Program-made: the position numbers and the translations under genes
Part shown: positions 51,321 to 64,000 of the stretch, piece by piece
How the letters are laid out: each line of letters opens with the position of its first letter
How positions within the stretch are numbered: the stretch's first letter is position 1
Origin: Octopus sinensis
Lineage: Eukaryota
NCBI RefSeq assembly: GCF_006345805.1
Contig: NC_043011.1
Location: 54,324,464 to 54,388,463 of the forward strand
DNA: 64,000 nt
Direction of reading: 5' to 3'
Notes under the pieces: generated by a model
Seen by the model: only the letters and a program-made list of their open reading frames with translations
Database searches by the model: none
What the model was told of the DNA's origin: nothing

Positions 51321-51530
51321 CCCTTTCGTTACCAGCCCAGCTGAAACTGGCTCTGTAATACAAATGTCTTGTTTTCAAAAGAATTAAAATCTTCCACCAA
51401 ACCTAAGTCACAATTAACATTCCTAACACTAGCTTAATGATAACGAAGTTATTTTATTAAATTCATTGTTATATCTAAAATAATTGAGAGAAACACAGAG
51501 CATCTCAACAGAAATACGGTAACGAAAGGG
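51321..51530. mobile_element. piggyBac-type MITE
   Basis: TTAA|CCCTTTCGTTACC ... GGTAACGAAAGGG|TTAA: perfect 13-bp TIR and TTAA TSD. Confidence 0.9.
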
Positions 51531-51616
51531 TTAAAGGATCTTTGTATCGCTTTAAATGGTCTTTGCCAGCTTTAGGTTACAGGGTTTTTGAGGAATAAAT
51601 TGAATTTTCTTCAATA

Positions 51617-52325
51617 CACACACACACAATACACACACAAATGACACAGAATACACACACACACAATACACACACAAATGACACAGAATACACACAGTAC
51701 ACAAGCATATATATAACACACACACACACACGACACAGAATACACACACAGCACACAAGCATATATAACACACACACATGACACAGAATACACACCGCAC
51801 ACAATCATATATATAACACACACACACAACACAGAATACACACACAGCACACAAGCATATATAACACACACACATGACACAGAATACACACCGCACACAA
51901 GCATATATATAACACACACACACAACACAGAATACACACACAGCACACAAGCATATATAACACACACACATGACACAGAATACACACAGCACACAAGCAT
52001 ATATATAACACACACACACACACACACACACACATGACACAGAATACACACACAGCACACAGGCATATAACACACACACACATGACACAGAATACACACA
52101 GCACACAAGCATATATATAACACACACACACACACACACATGACACAGAATACACACACAGCACACAGGCATATAACACACACACACATGACACAGAATA
52201 CACACAGCACACAAGCATATATATAACACACACACACACACAACACAGAATACACACACAGCACACAAGCATATAACACACACACAAACACACACACGAC
52301 ACAGAATACACACACACGTGCACAC
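51617..52325. repeat. Compound minisatellite (gacacagaatacacacagcacacaagcatatataacacac)
   Basis: About 15 units. Confidence 0.9.
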
Positions 52326-53759
52326 ACAATACTCCCTTACAAAATTTATCAGATAAAAATTCAGTCATTGTAAGTTTGAAGCTGCTCCAACAATCATTCA
52401 TCAGCAGGCGAAGCTTCTAAGTCCCAGTCTTTCTGTATTGCTATCATATTATTTATATTTTATTCCAGTGACTCATAAATAGTGCATAGTAGTGCAGTGG
52501 TGCACAATAGTGCATTGGTGTTTTCAAATGTTTAAGACTTTATTGGTGTATTTGCACAACTGCTGTAAGCTGTGATGTCCTTAAGTATTTGCATAAATGT
52601 GGTCTGTTGAGGTGAGAGAATTTCAGGTACTTGCATAAATATGACAGGATGTAATGGGACAGCTCTGAGTATTTCTATGCAACATGATGGCTGTAGATAC
52701 TACAACATTGTAAACAAGACAAACGTTTTATTAAGAGAAGGCTAAGTGTGAATATATACACAAACAAGAGCACTCAGAGAGTGCAAACCTCTGCCAAGGC
52801 CATATCAGCGACCTCTCAATGATTAGCCAGCAATGATTTTTAAAATGAGACCGCTTCGACTGGCCTCCGTGCCGGTGGCACATAAAATACACCAATCCGA
52901 CCGTGGCCGTTGCCAGCCTCACCTGGCACCTGTGCAGGTGGCACGTAAAAAGCACCCACTACACTCACAGAGTGGTTGGCGTTAGGAAGGGCATCCAGCT
53001 GTAGAAACATTGCCAGATAAGACTGGAGCCTGGTGCAGCCTTCTGGCTTCCCAGATCCCTCGGTCGAACCGTCCAACCCATGCTAGCATGGAGAACGGAC
53101 GTTAAACGATGATGATGATGAATATCTGAAATAAACTCGACTGCTTTCACAAATGAAAATACTAAAAATGAACCGACTGCTCTCAAAAATTAAGGAACAA
53201 AACAGGAAAAGTAGTCCAGAATCCTTGTCCGGTACCAGATCAATCCCAAAATCTATTCAGTTCGTGCCAATCACAAGGCCAAACATTCCTGAAAGGTTCA
53301 TCTGAATCCACTCAGCGGTTCCTGAGATATCTTGTCCATGGACAAACGAACAAACAAACACAACTGAAAACAATACCGCTGCCTTTGCTGAGACGGAGGT
53401 AATTATCAAATCCTCAGTGGTAGCAAAACTAGGATGTAGGGATTGATTTAGCTGTATTTGCTCAGCCATTAATTATCTGGAAGATGCGAGACCATCAAAA
53501 CTTGTTGAAGCCTTTTCCCTGATTTGCTTGGTGAGAGCCAAAATGTATCCTGCTTAAGATTCTTTAGAGCCCTACCCTGGTCTGGACTGAGATGAAAGGT
53601 GAGACGTGTGTTCTCTGAGGTGGTCCCAAAATCTCTGCTCTTAGATCTTGCCAGGCACTGCTCATCATTTGAAAAAAAGAACATGAATCTCAAGAACATT
53701 CGAAATGATGTTCCCAACATCGCATCAAGCTAACCAGTCGATGTTTAAGTTGTCCATGG

Positions 53760-54170
53760 TGCAGGAGTGGCTATGTGGTAAGTAGCTTGCTAACCAACCA
53801 CATGGTTCCAGGTTCAGTCCCACTGCGTGGCACTTTGGGCGGGTGTCTTCTACTAAAGCCTCAGGCCGACCAACGCCTTCTGAGTGGATTTGGTAGACGG
53901 AAACTGAAAGAAGCCCGTCGTATATATGTATATATACGTATGTGTGTGTACGTTTGTGTGTCTGTGTTTGTCCCCCCAACATCACTTGATAACTGATGCT
54001 GGTGTGTTTACGTCCCCGCAACCTAGCAGTTTCTCTCTACCAAATCCACTCACAAGGCTTTGGCCGGCTTGAGTATATGGGAGAAGACACTTGCCCAAGG
54101 TATTACACAGTGGGACTGAACCCAGTACCATGTGGTTGGGAAGCAAGATTCTTACCACACAACTATTCTT
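53760..54170. mobile_element. Two SINE family A heads in inverted orientation
   Basis: Plus copy 53760-54028, minus head 54029-54170. Confidence 0.8.
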
Positions 54171-54294
54171 GTGCCTTCATATATTCATATATATATATAT
54201 ATATAGTTAAAATTTACAGAAAGACAAAAGACAAAGACAGGTGTATAAACAACAAACAGGTGTATTAGTTTAACGCTTGGGAAGGTGAGAAAGT

Positions 54295-54330
54295 CTTTTA
54301 CATTTCGAGCCTATGCTCTTCAACAGAAAG
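54295..54330 (-). ncRNA. Minimal hammerhead-like motif (family B, second copy)
   Basis: CTTT CTGTTGA A GAGC ATAG GCTC GAAA TG TA AAAG. Confidence 0.5.
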
Positions 54331-54744
54331 GAACACGAGGAAATAAATAGAAAGAGAATAAAAACACTTTAGGAGCTAGTGGTTAGATACCCTTTGGTCA
54401 TGAATGACCATGGGATAGCAGCTAGAAAGTTACCCTCTGAGGCACAAGTTCAGATAAGTTTGTTTATGGAAGACCAGCAGTTGCCCCTGCATACCAGCCC
54501 CCTCTCTCCATGCCACCGATGTTATCCAAGAGAAAGGCAAGAGGCTAGTGCAGCTATGACACCAGTGATGTCACAACTCATTTCTACAGTTGAGTGAACA
54601 GGAGCAACAGTGAAATAAAGTGTCTTGCTCAAGAACACGATACACAGCCCAGTCTGGGAATCGAACTCACTATTTAAAGATTGTGAACCCAACACTCTAA
54701 CCACTGAGCTATATGTCTTCATTATATATATGTCTGTATGTGTG

Positions 54745-54780
<36 letters not shown>

Positions 54781-54785
54781 TTGTG

Positions 54786-54818
<33 letters not shown>

Positions 54819-55167
54819 GTGTGTGTGTATGTATATTTGTGAGTGTGTGTGTATATATCACCGTGACCACCGTGATCGACCAGGCTATCAGATGTTGCTA
54901 CACATCGCTGGTCACAATGTGCTTCACATTGTTTTAGCCTTCAAATGACGCCACCCCGATGGCTAAGCGAGCAGGCCAACAGAAGAATGAATGAGAGAAA
55001 GTTGTAGCGAAAGAGTACAGCAGGGATCGCCACCATCCCCTGCAGGAGCCTCGTGGAGCTTTAGGTGTTTTTGCTCAATAAACACTCACAACGCCTGGTC
55101 TGGGAATCGAAACCACGATCCTACGACTGCGAGTCCACTGCCCTAACCACTGGGCCATTGCGCCTCC

Positions 55168-55210
<43 letters not shown>

Positions 55211-55225
55211 GTATCTATATTCGTG

Positions 55226-55258
<33 letters not shown>

Positions 55259-56570
55259 GTATGTATATTCATGAGTGTGTGTGTGTGTGTGTATATATAT
55301 ACATATACACACACACACACACATCATTTCTACTTCTGCTTAGAACCCCACCACTACCATTTATACTAGAATCATCACAATGACCACAACCACCACCTAC
55401 ACTACCACCCACACCACTGCCACCATAAATGACCACCACCAACAACAAAGATTATTATATTACGACGACGATTCGCAACCAAAAATTAATATAAGCAATA
55501 AAGACAGTCAAAAAGAAGATAAAAAAAACACACACATCATAAACAATATATGAAGAAGAAAAGAAAGAAAGAAAGAAAAACTATATAAGCAATAACAACA
55601 ACAACAACAACAACAATATGAACAAAGGGAAAATGAATGACCGGCTCAACAACAACAACAAAGAATATAAAAAAATATAAAGTATAAATATTGAAAAAAA
55701 AAAAGGGGGAAGTAAACAATAATGAATAAAGAGCGGAAAGTTTGTGAGTGTCCAAAAGATGGTGTGGAACAAAGGGAGAGTCTTGGGTGAATGGTCCAGC
55801 CGCCAGCCAGCCACCCCACCGTTTAGTGGACAGAGCTCTGTCCATAGCTTTCAACATCTTTCAATGACTGTTAGATACAACAGAGCTTATAAATAGCTGA
55901 ACAATATCACAAACACACACACGTATACGCACACACACACGGATGCATGTGTGTTCGTGTGCATACACACACACACACACACACACATGAGCACATACAC
56001 GCACGCACCGGCAGAATTAATCCTCTTCACAGAAACATGATTGATTGGTTTTGGTATAGAACCGACTCAATGATGGAGAAAATGGGTGCTTCCACGTGCG
56101 TGTGTCAGTGTGTCCACCACCCCCCTGTTCGTATAAGCATTTGTGTGTGTGTGTGTGTGTCTGGCTTCGTCTTTATGTATTAATCTACGGCCATGAACAC
56201 GGTATATAAACACAAATAGGAAAGCTTTTTACTTGTATACAAACCCGTGCATAACGATATATGCATTCAGGAATACATAAACACACACACCTAACATACA
56301 TACATACACACATACATACATGCACACATACATACATACATGTGTGTGTGTGCATGCATGCATATACATAAATAAAAATACTTATTCGCGATGGAGTGTG
56401 TGTGTCTGTATGTATGTGTGTGTGTGTATATAAAAATATATATATATACTTTCAATGTATACATATGAATATAACCATTATATATGTATTAAATGTATGT
56501 ATATTAAAAATGAAGATGCCCGCATGCATATATATTACATGCATGCATAAATATGAGCATATGTGTATGG

Positions 56571-56606
<36 letters not shown>

Positions 56607-57576
56607 TTATTAATAATATTTATGTATAATAATACGTATTTATTATTAATATATGTATATTAAAAAACTACACCGATGCATGAATATATACACTGCAAAA
56701 TGATGATACATACATAGACATGTATACACATATATTAATATACACACACATATATATATATATAATAAATTAATAAATAAAACATATGCATATATACATA
56801 CATATATGTACGTACCTACCTCTACATGTATATATACTATATATATATATACAAAAACGCACAAGCATATATATATCATCATCATCTTCATTTAACATCT
56901 ATATATTAAAAGTATGTATATTAAAAATAATGATGTTTGCCTGCATATATATATTGCATGCATGTATAAATATGTGCATATATATGTATGGACGGATATA
57001 TATATGATCAATGCATACTTATTAATAATATATATATATGTATATTAAAAAAAATACATGGAGGCCTGAACATATTTATGCGGGATGATCTTTCTCACAA
57101 ATACTCAAACACACACATGTACATACACACATGCATATATATACTTGCATGTACATACATACACACACACATACATGTATACATACATATATTCATACAT
57201 ACACACATACATGTATACATACATATACACACATATATGTATACATACATATACACACATATACACTTTCTGACAAGTTGTGGTGCACCTGAGCACTGTA
57301 TACAATAATTTCATTATTATTATTATATATAAACATACACAAACACGCACACATATATATATATATACAAACAAGGTTATGTATACAAGCACATTATATA
57401 TATATACATACATACACACACACATATACATACAAACATAAGTGCATATATCTATATACATATATACATAAACATGCATATATATACAAACATATTATAT
57501 ATATATATATACACACACACACGTATTTGTACACACACACAAATATATTTATATACATATACATACATTCATATAC

Positions 57577-58400
57577 AGTGCAGGTGTGGCTGTGTGGTAC
57601 GAAGCTTGCTACCTAACGACATGGTTCTAGGTTCAGTCCCACTGCATAGTATCTTGGGCAAGAGTCTCCTACTATAGCTTCAAACCGACCAAAGCCTTGT
57701 GAATGGATTTGGTAGACGGAAACTGAAAGAAGCCCATCGTGTGTATCTATATAATCATAATCATCATCATTTAATGTTCATTGTCCATGTTGGCATGGGT
57801 TGGACAGCTTGACCTGGGCTGGCAACCTGGAAGGTTGCACCTGACTCCAGTCTGATTTGGCATGGTCTTCTACAGCTGGACGCCCTTCCTAATGCCAACC
57901 ACTCTAAGAGTGTAATGGGTGCTTTTATGTGCCACCAGCATGAGTGCCATTTGCGTGACACCAGTATCTGCCACAACTGCTATGTACTTGATTTGATGGG
58001 TCTTCTTCTCAAGCATGACATAATGCCAAAGGTCTCAATCCTTGCCTCTGTGAGGCCCAACACTCAAAAGGTGCCATCATGTGTCACTGGTACAGGTGCC
58101 ATTTGCCTGACCCCAGTATCTACATGACTGTGATTTTACTTGGCTTGATGGGTCTTCTTCTCATTTATGTGTGTGTGTGTGTGTGTTTTGTGTCTGTGCT
58201 TGTTCCCCCCCCCACCACCACCACCATTGCTTGACAACCAATTTTGGTGTGTTTGTTCCTGAAACGTAGCGGTTCAGCAAAAGAGACCGATAGAATAAGT
58301 GCTAGACTTACAAAGAATAAGTCTTGGGGCCGATTTCTTCAACTGAAGGTCATGCTCCAGCATGGCCACAGTAAAATGATTGAGACGTATAAAAGAGTAA
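57577..58400 (+). mobile_element. SINE family A split by nested family B' insertion(s)
   Basis: Head 57577-57740, insert about 57755-58165, tail 58165-58400. Confidence 0.7.
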
Positions 58401-59357
58401 AAGAAATAAACATATATATACACACACACACACACACACATATATACATACATATATATATTGTGACCATTGCCAGCCTCGTCTGGCCCCCATGCCGGTG
58501 GCACATAAAATGCACCATCCTATCGTGGCCATTTGCCAGCCTCGTCTGGCACCTGTGCAGGTGGCACGTAAAATGCACCATCCGATCATGGCCATTTGCC
58601 AGCCTCGTCTGGCACCTGTGCAGGTGGCACGTAAAAAGCACCCACTACACTCACGGAGTGGTTGGTGTTAGAAAGGGCATACAGCTGTAGAAACACTGCC
58701 AGATCAGACTGGGCCTGGTGCAGCCTTCTGGCTCCCCAGAACCCAGTTGAACCGTCCAACCCATGCTAGTATGGAAAACGGACGTTAAACGATGATGATG
58801 ATATATATATATATATATATTAATTCATAAAAGAATAGAAGAATAAAAATCATGTTAATGATTTTTATTAAGTATGAATTAATAAATAATTTAAATAAAA
58901 TAATTTAATTATTTTTACTCCAGACCGGAAGAGCATTTACTGCTTGACTCTTCTTATAATATACACGTTGACCGTCACGAGGAGATTTATAAATTGACTT
59001 TCCTTGGATCTATACATCCAAATATTTTTATGTAGATGTATGAACTTGCTTTGGACAGTATGTACAATTATTTAGACTTATATTTCCCACCCCACCCCCA
59101 GTGTATTGTGCTGATGAAAGAAGAAAGCCTATATTTTGCTTCAATCCAGACATTGGAACCAATTCACAATTAACATGAGGTCTTTTTAATTTTTTCTCAC
59201 TAGCTGGAGTTTTAGGTAGTCTTTTGTAGGTATTGGCACTTCATGCACGCTGGAGACAGGTTGTTTTCACCCTATCTCCCTTGATATAACATATATATGT
59301 GTATATATATACACACATATATATATATATGTGTGTGTGTATGTATATATATATATA

Positions 59358-59520
59358 TATATAGTTAATCCAAACAAGAAAGCACAAAAAAACACAACAA
59401 CGCGAGGGCGTGGAACAAATATAGTATTATTGGATGCTCAGGAAAGAAGGAAAAAAGGAGGGTTTAACGCTTTGAGTGGAGCTCTTCGTTGGAAACATAG
59501 GAGAAGGAAAGATCCAGAGA
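59358..59520 (-). mobile_element. Penelope-pLTR-like repeat family C' with decayed hammerhead motif (truncated twin at 62886-62992 +)
   Basis: GTTT CCAACGA A GAGC TCC ACTC AAAG CG TT AAAC at 59462-59496; both copies end ggattaact next to a (TA)n run. Confidence 0.55.
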
Positions 59521-60880
59521 ACTATTTGAACTCCGCATTCTCTTTGAGGGCCTTAAAGAGAAAGTTGAAACTGAACCAGTGGAATTATGTTGAAAAAATG
59601 TGTAACAAGCAAGGTATGATATTCTTCAGTTAGGGACAAGGGGTTCACACCGTAATCACTTTACAAAGCCCAAAAGTTGAGTATCACAGGAAGCAGGATG
59701 TGGAAGGCCACCAAGTTGGCTACAAAGGTAACAAGCATTTCCTTTAGGATTGCAGTGAATCATGTAGGAAACATGAGTAAGGTGGTGCTACATGGGCACA
59801 GGATGGAGGTCGACAAAACCCAGCTGGGTCACAGGGTAAAGGGTGGATGGTTGCTGAAAGGCCCTCAAACATCAAATGACTGCATGACAACATAACTGAT
59901 GGTGTGTCCAGATACGCCATAAGATCAGAAGATGATGTGTGAGGAAAAGGAATTACACATGTGTGTGTGTGTGTGTGTATACTACGTATGCTTGATGCTT
60001 GTATCTGTGCAAAGATACAGGTGTGTGGTTGGGAGACTTGCTTCTGAACAGACCATGAGGTTTCTGTTTCGGTTCCATCATGGGCAAGTGTCTTTTTCTA
60101 TAGCCTGGGGCCAATGAAAGCCTTGTGAGAGGAGTTAGGAACTGCAGGTGTGTGTGTACTTTTTACATGGTACTATCACCAGTGCTTTTCATGTGGCACC
60201 AGCACCAGTGCTGTTAAAGTGACACAATCACCAGTGCTTTTTACATGGCACCAACACCATTGCTGTATACATGGCACCAGCATCAGAACTGTAAAGATGT
60301 TATTCCAACCACAACAACCTCATCTTTGTATTGAACATGGTGTAATATATTTGTTTCTGTTTTCGTTATCTGAAGGAGATTTGGCTACAAAGGGACACAG
60401 AATAAATATTTGGCCATTATATGCGCATACATGTGTGTGGTGATGAAGCCCCTGTTCACAGTGACCAGGTCGGGCAGCAACGAAAATACCGTCTGCGACA
60501 GAACTGTACCATGAAAGCATTTGAAACTCTAAGAAAACACATGAAATCATGCAGTGCTTCTCCAGCAAGACGTCCTATGTTGTGGCACCTACTTACACCT
60601 AGTGGACTGTGGATGCTGCACAGTCGGTAACAGTCTTACAAATATTACAAACACATCAATCATACACCCATACATCTTACATAACACCTACGTATTTGTT
60701 CATTATCTGTCATAATCAGAGAAACACATACACACAGCACAGATGCATATATATATATATATACATACATACATATATATATACATACATATATATATAC
60801 ACACACACACACACATATATATATACATACATATATATACACACACACACACACATATATATATACATACATATATATAT

Positions 60881-60940
<60 letters not shown>

Positions 60941-61377
60941 TATATAACGTTTTCTGACTGCAATAATCAGAAGTAACATTCTTTGAGATTGTGGTTCCCC
61001 AGAGATCAATTCTACAAACAGATATTCAGTATTTATGGCGCTAATTCTTGTTAATGTTCATCAAAAGGAGGAAAGTTATTGATGAGGAGGTGGGGAAGAG
61101 GAGAGTCTGCTATATAATCCATCAGATTGTTTTTCTTTTTCCTTTTTTTTTTATATATATATATATATATACACATTCTCTTCGAGGGAGAAAAGATATA
61201 TAAGGGGGATTCCATGTGGTGGTGTCAGAGTGTAGTTTCTATAGGGAAATTTCCGTTTAGTTTTTATTCTTTGATCTATTTAGAGAGGAGGAGTGAGCAA
61301 GTGTTTGCGTGGAGAGAGATACAGATGGATAGATAGATGGATGGATGGATGGATAGAAAAATAACATGTATATAGTT

Positions 61378-61733
61378 GCAGGCATGGCTGTGTGGTAAGA
61401 AGTTTGCTTACCAGCCACATGGTTCTGGGTTCAGTCCCACTGCGTGGCACCTTAGATAAGTGTCTTCTACTTCTAGCCTTGGGTTGACCAAAGCCTTGTG
61501 AGTGGATTTGGTAGACAGAAACTGAAAGAAGCCTGTCATATGTATATATATATATGCTTGTGTGTCTGTTTGTACCCCCACCATCGCTTGACAATGTTGG
61601 TGTGTTTATGTCCCCGTAACTTAGTGGTTCGGCAAAAGAGACTGACAGAATAAGTACTAGGCTCATAAAGAATAAGTCCTTGGGTTGATTTGTTTGACTA
61701 AAGGCATTGCTCCAGCATGGCCACAGTAAAAAA
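61378..61733 (+). mobile_element. SINE family A
   Basis: Colinear with 516-900. Confidence 0.8.
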
Positions 61734-62242
61734 TGTATATAGACAGATTGACAGATAAATAGATAGATAGATAGATAGACAGGCAGATAGATAGGCAGAT
61801 AGATAGATAGATAGATAGATAGACAAACAAACATAGATAGATAGATACTTATTTAATAGATAGAAAAATGATAGGAATCTTTTTATCTTTTACTTGTTCC
61901 AGTTATTAGACTGCGGCCATGCTGGGGCACCGTCTTGAAGAAATTTAGGCAAATGAATCAACCCCCTGTACTCCAGTAATTGTTATTTTCTCAAAGCCTG
62001 GTACCTATCCTATCAGCCTCTTTTGCCAAACTGCAAAGTAATGGGGGCATAAACACACTAAAATAAAGACACACACTCACACACACACACATACACATAC
62101 ACATATGAGATAAATAAAGTTTCTAGTATATTCTATCTTCTGTATCCATGGTTTCTATTATAAAAGGATAAAATTGTTAAAAATGTTATCAGTGGTCAGC
62201 AAATAGAAAAAGATAGACCTATTAAGGTGAAATTATAAATAC

Positions 62243-62452
62243 AATTATTATTAAGGACATAGGAAAAATTCTTGCCTATATGCAGAAAGGAGACACTAAA
62301 TCATCAAACCACATTAAATATCATCACTCTTATTATTTTGACGCATGTGTAATAATAATAATGAGGATGATGATATTTAATTTGGTTCAATGATAGAGTG
62401 TCTCCTTTCAGCATATAGGCAAGAATTTTTTTCTATGCTCTTAATCATAATT
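62243..62452. repeat. Imperfect inverted repeat (arms about 95-100 bp)
   Basis: aaattcttgcctatatgc..aaaggagacact..attaaatatcatca mirrored at 62351-62452. Confidence 0.85.
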
Positions 62453-62776
62453 TTACATATATATATATTTTTCTTTAAGCACCCTTTTCAAGCCTAGCCA
62501 GGCCCATAGGCCCAGTTTCTCGGTTTCTATGGCGTATGTGTGTCCCCCCACCCAGCGTTACTCAAGAAACAGGAAGAAAGAGTGAGAGAAAGTTGGGATG
62601 AAAGAGTACAACAGAGGTCGCCACCAACCCCTGCCAGAGCCTCGTGGAGCTTTTAGGTGTTTTCGCTCAATAAACAGACAAAACGCCCGGTCTTGGAATC
62701 GAAACCGCAATCCTCCGACCGTGAGTCTGCTGCCCTAACCACTGGACTATTGCGCCTCCACACACATATATATATA

Positions 62777-62812
<36 letters not shown>

Positions 62813-62987
62813 CATTCCAGAGTGTATATAAATATATATATATATAGGATAATTCATTCACCTATTTATATATATATATATATATAAACGTTAAACCCTC
62901 CTTCTTCCCTTCTTTCCTGAGCGTCCAATAATACTTTATTTGTTCCACATCCTTGTGTTGTTGTCTTTTTGTTTTCTTGTTGGATTA

Positions 62988-63039
<52 letters not shown>

Positions 63040-63678
63040 ATGGGCTTCTCTCAGTTTCTGTCAAACAAATCCACTCACAAGGCTTTGGTTGACCTGAAGC
63101 TATGCTAACAAAAAAAAACTGATGCCCAAGGTGCAACACAGCAGGACTGAACCCGGAACCATATCGTCGGGAAGCGAGCATCTTACCACACAGCCACGCC
63201 AGTATGTAAGATAGATAGACAGATAGATACATAAACGGCTAGATGCACACATGCTTAAAGAGACAGAAAAGATATGAATATAGATATGTATATAAGTAAA
63301 CTGATATTGAGCGGAGAGAGAGAGATGTATGAATTTATATTGTATCTTATTTAGTAGGCCTGCAGCTATGCAGATCACAAAATAGCAAGGAAGACAAGCA
63401 AACGCCCACATAAACGCAACAGTTATATATGAACATACCTGGATATGTCAGGACACCCACATGAATGTCTAAATGGAATTTTATGAGTGGAGCTGGGACT
63501 ATCTGGAGCCCAAACACCTATATACATGTCCAGTTTGTTATTTATCCCGTACGGGGGGTGGTTCGGAAATGTCACATCAATGCTCATGTGCAAATATTTA
63601 TTCGCCATTACGTAACATATACACATACATGTATGTATAATCATTATACATATAATACGTCTGTGAGTATAATGTGCA

Positions 63679-63730
<52 letters not shown>

Positions 63731-63831
63731 TATACACACACACACATATATATACATATGTACACCCACACACACAAATAACTATTAACTATGAGTGGGC
63801 GTATGTATGTATCTATATGTGTGTGTGTATG

Positions 63832-63870
<39 letters not shown>

Positions 63871-64000
63871 GATTCATAAATAGCCATACATGAGTATATA
63901 TACACACACATGCACAAATAAGTATACATGGATATATCTGTGTGTGTGTGTTTATATACTCATGTATAGCTATTTATGCATCTATATATATATATATATA

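Noticed and set aside
60150-60640. Short Cys/His-containing ORFs
   Set aside because: No recognisable domain and no consistent splice sites; left unannotated.

Overview
AT-rich, microsatellite- and SINE-dense eukaryotic DNA. The repeat families and density look like a coleoid cephalopod, probably Octopus (inference from recall, no database search). One protein-coding gene is present, on the minus strand: the 3' 11 coding exons of a type I inositol polyphosphate 5-phosphatase (INPP5A-like), 43858 to 3626. All splice junctions are GT-AG and phase-compatible, giving 515 aa plus stop, with the motifs GDFNFRLD and RCPSWCDRVLF and a C-terminal CaaX (CTVV*). The N-terminal exons were not found and probably lie beyond 64000. 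The introns hold several tRNA-headed SINE families, RTE LINE 3' fragments, Tc1/mariner and piggyBac-type MITEs, a probable solo LTR with a hairpin tandem array, five long inverted repeats and large compound satellites. Most long ORFs in the track are microsatellite artefacts. The main unexpected signal is minimal type I hammerhead-ribozyme motifs (Penelope-like-element style, palindromic stem III) in four unrelated short-repeat families. One of these families is a tRNA-headed SINE-like element with a ribozyme-bearing tail that is also duplicated in inverted orientation. Exon and ribozyme coordinates were counted by hand; repeat boundaries are approximate (about +/-10-20 nt).
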